Positions 58,656 to 64,000 of a DNA stretch of 64,000 nucleotides are shown here, in pieces. A program made the translations under genes and the position numbers. The notes below the pieces were generated by a model. That model saw only the letters and a program-made list of their open reading frames with translations, had not been told where the DNA came from and did not search any database. Positions within the stretch are counted from its first letter, which is position 1; each line of letters begins with the position of its first letter. Origin of the DNA: an uncultured Gemmatimonadales bacterium (GTDB taxonomy: Bacteria > Gemmatimonadota > Gemmatimonadetes > Longimicrobiales > RSA9); the NCBI GenBank assembly GCA_963798845.1, contig CAWCUS010000005.1, forward strand, positions 128,001 to 192,000, in the 5' to 3' direction.

Positions 58656-59786
58656 TCACTCGTTCAGCACCCGCTCGTAGTAGGCCTCGTATCGAGGCAC
58701 GATCTTGTCCGCGGAGAAGAGGGTGGCGCGCTGGAGGGCGGCCTGGCTCGCTTCGGCCCACCGCTCCGGGCCGAGCAGCTCGAGCGACGCCGCCGCCATG
58801 GCGTCCACGTCTCCGACCGGCTCGAGGATGCCGGCGGGCGGCGCGACGACTTCGGGAAGCCCGCCGACGCGGCTTCCCACCACGGGCACGCCGCACGCCA
58901 TCGCCTCGAGCGCCACCAGTCCGAACGCCTCGCTCTCGCTGGGGAGCAGGAAGAGATCCGAGCACGCCAGGATCTCGGTCACGGACTCCTGCTTGCCCAT
59001 GTAGACGACACGGTCCGCCACACCTTCGTCGGCGGCGACCTGCTGCGTGTGCCCGCGCTCCGGACCGTCGCCGACGAAGACGAGCCGGGCGGGGATGGCG
59101 CGCGCCACGCGGGCGAAGATCCGGACCACGTCCGTCACGCGCTTGACGGAGCGAAAGTTGGAGATGTGGACGATCACCTTCTCGTCGTCATCGGCGAATT
59201 GGCTGCGGTGGCATGGCTCGAGGTCGCGACGATAGACCGAGAGGTCGACGAAATTCGGAATGACCTCGACCCGCTCGGCCGGGACGTCGAACCGCTCGAC
59301 GGTCTCGCGCTTCAGGTATTCGGAAACGGCGGTGAGCCCGTCCGACTTGCCTATCGAGAAGCGGGTGATCGCGTGGTAGGAAGGGTCCCGACCGACGAGC
59401 GTGATATCGGTGCCGTGCAGCGTGGTCACGACGCGCGGCCCGCGTCCGTCGAGGAGCTGCTTGGCCAGCCACGCCGAAGTGGCGTGAGGCACTGCGTAGT
59501 GGACGTGCAGGAGATCGAGGCCGTGGCGTTCGGCGGCGTTCTGCATGGCCACGGACAGAGCCAGCGAGTACGGGGGATACTCGAACAGCGGATAGATCGG
59601 GACCTCCACTTCGTGGTAGTAGACGTTCTCCACGAAGCGGGAGAGCCTGAACGGTTGCGCGTAGGTGATGAAGTGGACTTCGTGCCCGCGCTTGGCCAGC
59701 TCCAGCCCCAGCTCGGTCGCGACGACGCCCGAGCCACCGTACACGGGATAGCCCGTTATCCCGATCTTCAGCTTGCGCTCTCCCAT
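58656..59786 (-). CDS. bshA: N-acetyl-alpha-D-glucosaminyl L-malate synthase (bacillithiol biosynthesis)
   Basis: [68 protein letters not shown]. Confidence 0.9.
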   Translation of the reverse strand: MGERKLKIGITGYPVYGGSGVVATELGLELAKRGHEVHFITYAQPFRLSRFVENVYYHEVEVPIYPLFEYPPYSLALSVAMQNAAERHGLDLLHVHYAVPHATSAWLAKQLLDGRGPRVVTTLHGTDITLVGRDPSYHAITRFSIGKSDGLTAVSEYLKRETVERFDVPAERVEVIPNFVDLSVYRRDLEPCHRSQFADDDEKVIVHISNFRSVKRVTDVVRIFARVARAIPARLVFVGDGPERGHTQQVAADEGVADRVVYMGKQESVTEILACSDLFLLPSESEAFGLVALEAMACGVPVVGSRVGGLPEVVAPPAGILEPVGDVDAMAAASLELLGPERWAEASQAALQRATLFSADKIVPRYEAYYERVLNE

Positions 59787-60703
59787 CGCCCCCTCACCTC
59801 CTCCACCAGTTCGCGTCTCGGTCGCGTCCCGTCGAGCCAGACCGCTCCAGGCGGCAGCTGGTTGCGAAACCAGGTGAGCTGACGCCGGGCGTAAGCGCGC
59901 GTGGCGCGGCGGATGCGGTCCGCCGCCTCTTCCAGCGTACACTCCCCCGCCAGGTGCGCCATGGCCTCTGGATACCCCGTTGCGCTGAGTCCCGGTTCCT
60001 CCGGGCTCCGTCCAGCGTCGAGGAAGCGACGCGCTTCCTCCAGCAGTCCCGCCGCCAGCATGACATCCACGCGGCGGTTGATCCGGTCGTACAGCTGGTC
60101 GCGCGGCAGGTCGAGCACGAACACCAGCGGCGACAGGCCCGCTTCGGCGGCGGGGCGTCGGGCGTGCCACCACGATAGCGGGCGTCCGGTGAGGAGCGCG
60201 ATCTCGAGCGCCCGGAGCACGCGCTGCCGCCCACCTCCGCGCTCCAGCCGACGCGCGATCGCGGGATCGAGCTCCTCGAGCCAGCGGCGAAGCTCCGGCG
60301 CCGGCTTGCCCGCGAGGTGGTCCCGCAGACGCGCGCGTCGCGCGCCCTCCATGGGCGGCTCCTCGAACAGGGGATCGGTGAGCGCGCGCAGGAAGAAGCC
60401 GGTTCCCCCGACGAACAGGGCGATGCGTCGCCGCTGGCGGATGCCGTCCAGCCATCGGCGGGCGTCCCGGCTGAAGCGGCCGGCGCTGTAGCGCTCGCCC
60501 GGCTCGACGACGTCCAGCCCGTGGTGCGGGATCCGGGCACGGTCCGCGGGCGACGGCTTGGCCGTTCCCACGTCCATTCCCCGATACACCTGCCGCGAGT
60601 CCATGGAGACGATCTCGGCAGCCGTGGCCGCGGCGAGATCCAGCGCGAGGGCGCTCTTCCCCGCGGCCGTCGGGCCGGTGAGGACGAGGACGTCCCTATC
60701 CAT
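59768..60703 (-). CDS. miaA: tRNA dimethylallyltransferase
   Basis: GPTAAGKS, DSRQVYRGMDVGTAKP, VGGTG, YARRQLTWF. Confidence 0.96.
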   Translation of the reverse strand: MDRDVLVLTGPTAAGKSALALDLAAATAAEIVSMDSRQVYRGMDVGTAKPSPADRARIPHHGLDVVEPGERYSAGRFSRDARRWLDGIRQRRRIALFVGGTGFFLRALTDPLFEEPPMEGARRARLRDHLAGKPAPELRRWLEELDPAIARRLERGGGRQRVLRALEIALLTGRPLSWWHARRPAAEAGLSPLVFVLDLPRDQLYDRINRRVDVMLAAGLLEEARRFLDAGRSPEEPGLSATGYPEAMAHLAGECTLEEAADRIRRATRAYARRQLTWFRNQLPPGAVWLDGTRPRRELVEEVRGRWESAS

Positions 60704-62501
60704 GCCGCCCGAAACGGCGCTCCAGCTCGTCCAGGGAGAGGCGGATCACGGTGGGGCGGCCGTGCACGTCGTGGTACGGCAGCTCCGTGCAGAACAGCTC
60801 GTCGAACAGCCGCTGCATCTCCTGGACCGAAAGCCTCTGTCCCGCCTTGATGGCGCCCTTGCACGCGAACGTCTTGGCAAGGCGCTCGTACTGGTTGCGG
60901 GCCGATCGGGTCAGCTCGCTCCCCTCGGCGAGCTCCGCCAGCATGTCGCGCAGGCACCGTTCTGCGTCGAACCATGGGTGCGGGTTCGGCGCCGCGTGCA
61001 CGATGACCGTGCGCCCACCGAACGGCTCCGCCTCGAAGCCCGCGCGCGCCAGCAGCGTTCGGGTGTCCTCCACGACCGCGTATTCGGCCGGGGAGAGGCG
61101 CAGCGTGACCGGGAACAGCAGCCGCTGGCTCGGCCGCCCGCCCGCGTCGAAGTCGCGCATGAGCGCCTCGAACAGGATCCGCTCGTGCGCCGAGTGCTGG
61201 TCGATGATGAGCAGCCCCGTACGCGTCTCGGCCAGGATGTAGCTGTCGTGGATCTGCCAGAGCGAGCTGCGACGGCCGGCGTCCACACCCGCGGCGTCGG
61301 CGGCGTCGAACGGCCCGGCCTCCCCCGCCCCGCCCTCCTCCCCCGCAGGTCCGGTCACGGGCGCGCTCCGCGGCGAGGCAGGGACGAAGAACGCCAGCTG
61401 CCCCGCGTCGACGGCGCCGGCCCGAATCGCATCCTCGGAGCCGGGGCGCGGCTCGAAGCGTGGACCGCGGATCTGCGGCGGCGCCGGCCGTGCGTCGAGA
61501 GTGGCCGCGCTCGAGACGGTAGCGAGAGCGTCGCGCACGGCCGCCTCGACGGACTCCTCCACCTCGCCGCGTGCGTGGAAGCGCACCTCCGCCTTTGCCG
61601 GGTGGACGTTCACGTCCACCTTGCCGGGCGGCACCTCGATGTAGAGCAGGAGCGATGGCCTGGCTCCGTGCGGTATCGTCGTGCGGTACCCCCGCTCGGC
61701 CGCCGCCACCAGCGCGCGGTCGCGAAATGGCCGGCCGGCGACGAAGAGCTGCACACGCCTGGGCCCGCTCACCGCGGCGTCGGGTCTCTCCACCAACCCG
61801 GCGACGGTGGTTTCCGGGTCGCCGCCCGCAACGGCGACGAGTCGCCCGGCGAAATCGTCGCCCCAGAGCCCGGCAGCACGTCCAGCGAGGTCGCGTACGG
61901 GAGCCAGCTCCATGAGCGTGCGCCCGTTCGATTCGAGGCGGAACCCCGCGGACAGGTTGGCGAGGGCCAGCCCCGTGAGCACGTCGGCAATGGCGCGCGT
62001 TTCCACGGCCGCGGTCTTCAGGAACTTCGACCTCGCCGGGACGTTGAAGAAGAGGTTGCGGACGGTCACGGTGGTGCCCGGCTGCCGGGCGCAGTCCTCG
62101 GCCCCGAGCACCCGGCCCGCGGATACCCTGACCCGGGTGCCCACACCCCGGGACTCCGCCGTCTCCAGGGTGACCCGCGCCACCGAGGCGATGGAGGGCA
62201 GCGCTTCGCCCCTGAAGCCGAAGGTGCGCACCGCCCGCAGGTCGTCCTCGCTGGCGATCTTGCTCGTGGCGTGTCGGTCGAGCGAGAGCAGCGCGTCCTC
62301 GCGGCTCATCCCGTGGCCGTCGTCCGACACGCGAATCTCCGTCTTCCCGCCGTTGCGGATGACCACGTCGACGCGCGTGGCCGCGGCGTCCAACGCGTTT
62401 TCCACCAGTTCCTTGACCACGGACGCGGGGCGCTCCACCACCTCGCCCGCGGCGATCTGGTTGGCCAGCGCGTCGGGGAGAATCCGGATCCGTCGGGCCA
62501 T
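60696..62501 (-). CDS. mutL: DNA mismatch repair endonuclease MutL
   Basis: NQIAAGEVVERPASVVKELVEN, GFRGEALPSI, DVNVHPAK, DQHSAHERILFE, ACKGAIK. Confidence 0.96.
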   Translation of the reverse strand: MARRIRILPDALANQIAAGEVVERPASVVKELVENALDAAATRVDVVIRNGGKTEIRVSDDGHGMSREDALLSLDRHATSKIASEDDLRAVRTFGFRGEALPSIASVARVTLETAESRGVGTRVRVSAGRVLGAEDCARQPGTTVTVRNLFFNVPARSKFLKTAAVETRAIADVLTGLALANLSAGFRLESNGRTLMELAPVRDLAGRAAGLWGDDFAGRLVAVAGGDPETTVAGLVERPDAAVSGPRRVQLFVAGRPFRDRALVAAAERGYRTTIPHGARPSLLLYIEVPPGKVDVNVHPAKAEVRFHARGEVEESVEAAVRDALATVSSAATLDARPAPPQIRGPRFEPRPGSEDAIRAGAVDAGQLAFFVPASPRSAPVTGPAGEEGGAGEAGPFDAADAAGVDAGRRSSLWQIHDSYILAETRTGLLIIDQHSAHERILFEALMRDFDAGGRPSQRLLFPVTLRLSPAEYAVVEDTRTLLARAGFEAEPFGGRTVIVHAAPNPHPWFDAERCLRDMLAELAEGSELTRSARNQYERLAKTFACKGAIKAGQRLSVQEMQRLFDELFCTELPYHDVHGRPTVIRLSLDELERRFGRHG

Positions 62502-63769
62502 CAGAGCACGATCGCCTTGAGCGCCAGGAACAGGATGGCCCCCACCGCTGCGGCGGCCGGAACGGTGGCGAGCCAGGAGTTCACGATATTGCGTATGACA
62601 CGCACGTTCAGCGCGCCCAATCCCTGTGCGAAGCCCACGCCGATGACGGCGCCCACCAGCGTGTGGGTGGTGGAGATCGGCAGCCCCAGCCGACTCGCCA
62701 CCAGAACGGTGGTCGCCGTGCCGAACTCGGCGCTGAACCCGCGCGTGGGGGTGATCTCCGTGATCTCCTTTCCCACCGTGGCGATCACGCGATAACCGAA
62801 CGTGCCCAGTCCGATCACGATGCCGGCACCGCCGCCCACCAGGATCCAGCGCGGTACAGGCACGCTCGTGGCCAGCTCGGTGAACCCGTTCTGCGCCAGA
62901 TTCACGACGGCCGCAACGGGGCCGATGGCGTTGGCCACGTCGTTGGCACCGTGGGCGAACGCCACGTAGCACGCGGTGATGATCTGCAGGCTGGCGAAGG
63001 TGCGCTCGACGTAAGCGTAGGGGTCCCCGGCCGAAGGCACCGGGCGACGCCGCACGCCGAACAGCGTGAGCGCCCCGGCCAGGAAGCCGCACCCCAGCGC
63101 GATCGCGAGCGCGAGCAGGACCGGTGGCCGGGAGAGCACATTCTTGAGGACCTCGTAGATGAACGAGAGGACGATGAGCGTGATCACCGTCCCCACCATG
63201 TACGGTGCAATCTCGCGCGTCGCCTTGATGGGCGTAGCGCTTCGCAGCACCCGGCTTCGCACTACCATGAACGTGATGTAGGCGAGGATCCCTCCGAGAA
63301 GCGGCGACACGACCCAGCTGACGACGATTCGCCCCAGCATCCCCCAGTGCACGCCGCCCAGCCCGAACGTCACCAGCCCCATGCCGATGAGCGCCCCGAC
63401 GATGGAATGCGTGGTCGAAACGGGGAGCGACAGGAGCGTGGCGAGGTGGAGCCAGATCCCGGCGGCGAGCAGCGCCGAGAGCATCCCGAGCGCGAGGATG
63501 AGCGGCCCGTTCGCGCCGAGTGGACCGGCGGCCCCGAACGCCGCCACGTCCACGATCCTGCCACGGATGGTGGCTGTGACATGGGAGCCGACCAGGACCG
63601 CTCCCAGAAACTCGAACGTGCCGGCCAGCACGACGGCCCGGGCGAGCGTGAGGGCGCCCGACCCCACCAATGTCCCCATGGCGTTGGCGACATCGTTGGC
63701 ACCGATGTTCCACGCCATGTACGCCCCTGCCGCGATCGCGGCCAGGAGCAGCGCTGTCGCCGTGGTCAT
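62501..63769 (-). CDS. pit: Inorganic phosphate transporter (PiT family)
   Basis: Two GANDVANA motifs, PVSTTHSIVG, PISTTH; many TM segments. Confidence 0.93.
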   Translation of the reverse strand: MTTATALLLAAIAAGAYMAWNIGANDVANAMGTLVGSGALTLARAVVLAGTFEFLGAVLVGSHVTATIRGRIVDVAAFGAAGPLGANGPLILALGMLSALLAAGIWLHLATLLSLPVSTTHSIVGALIGMGLVTFGLGGVHWGMLGRIVVSWVVSPLLGGILAYITFMVVRSRVLRSATPIKATREIAPYMVGTVITLIVLSFIYEVLKNVLSRPPVLLALAIALGCGFLAGALTLFGVRRRPVPSAGDPYAYVERTFASLQIITACYVAFAHGANDVANAIGPVAAVVNLAQNGFTELATSVPVPRWILVGGGAGIVIGLGTFGYRVIATVGKEITEITPTRGFSAEFGTATTVLVASRLGLPISTTHTLVGAVIGVGFAQGLGALNVRVIRNIVNSWLATVPAAAAVGAILFLALKAIVL

Positions 63770-64000
63770 CGGCGCGCGAGCATCAGGCGCAGCAGGTCCG
63801 CCGTATTCTCCGCGTGGTTGGCGATGCGGCCCAAGGCCTGGAGGATCTGCATCCAGATCACCACAGAGACGGCCCCGATCTCCTTTTCCGTCTCGAACAG
63901 CGACCTCGAGCTGGACCATTGCATCTGGTCCGCCTGCCACTCCATGTCCGCGATCTGGTTCACCTGGTTGAGCGTCTTCTCCACTTCGGGCCCTGCGAAC
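63766..64000 (-). CDS. DUF47/PhoU-like Pit accessory protein, 3' part
   Basis: ..MEWQAD..LF..LGRIANHAENTADLLRLMLARR; ATGA overlap with pit; truncated by the window edge. Confidence 0.8.
   Translation of the reverse strand, partial: FAGPEVEKTLNQVNQIADMEWQADQMQWSSSRSLFETEKEIGAVSVVIWMQILQALGRIANHAENTADLLRLMLARR

Overview
A 64-kb GC-rich bacterial core-genome segment, almost all on the minus strand. It probably comes from Gemmatimonadota or a related lineage (inferred from the PadR/ADOP pair, bshA next to miaA, and the rpsA architecture). Genes in coordinate order: mdh (partial), moaA/E/D, a tandem-domain hypothetical, an acyl-CoA carboxylase pair, an LppC-like lipoprotein, rpsA, a PadR plus duplicated ABC permease pair on the opposite strand, cmk-aroA-rnz, a PDZ protein, tRNA-Leu(TAA), a complete 10-gene heme operon led by a mammalian-type [2Fe-2S] ferrochelatase, rpe/rpiA, an OmpA-like barrel with an unknown C-terminal domain, greA, tRNA-Cys/Gly, recN-nadK-dxs-ispA-xseBA-folD-rny-zapAB-pheTS-rplT-rpmI-infC-thrS, glgP, groESL with CIRCE, and coaX-birA-bshA-miaA-mutL-pit-DUF47. 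No mobile element, CRISPR array or rRNA was seen. The most interesting signals are regulatory and absent from the ORF track. The strongest is a leaderless 28-aa Thr-rich leader peptide with a complete 1:2/2:3/3:4 attenuator upstream of thrS. Others are terminator-containing leaders of rpsA and infC (AUA start), several leaderless genes, and sigma54 and ECF promoters on uncharacterised genes. All calls were made by reading the sequence; no searches or folding programs were run.
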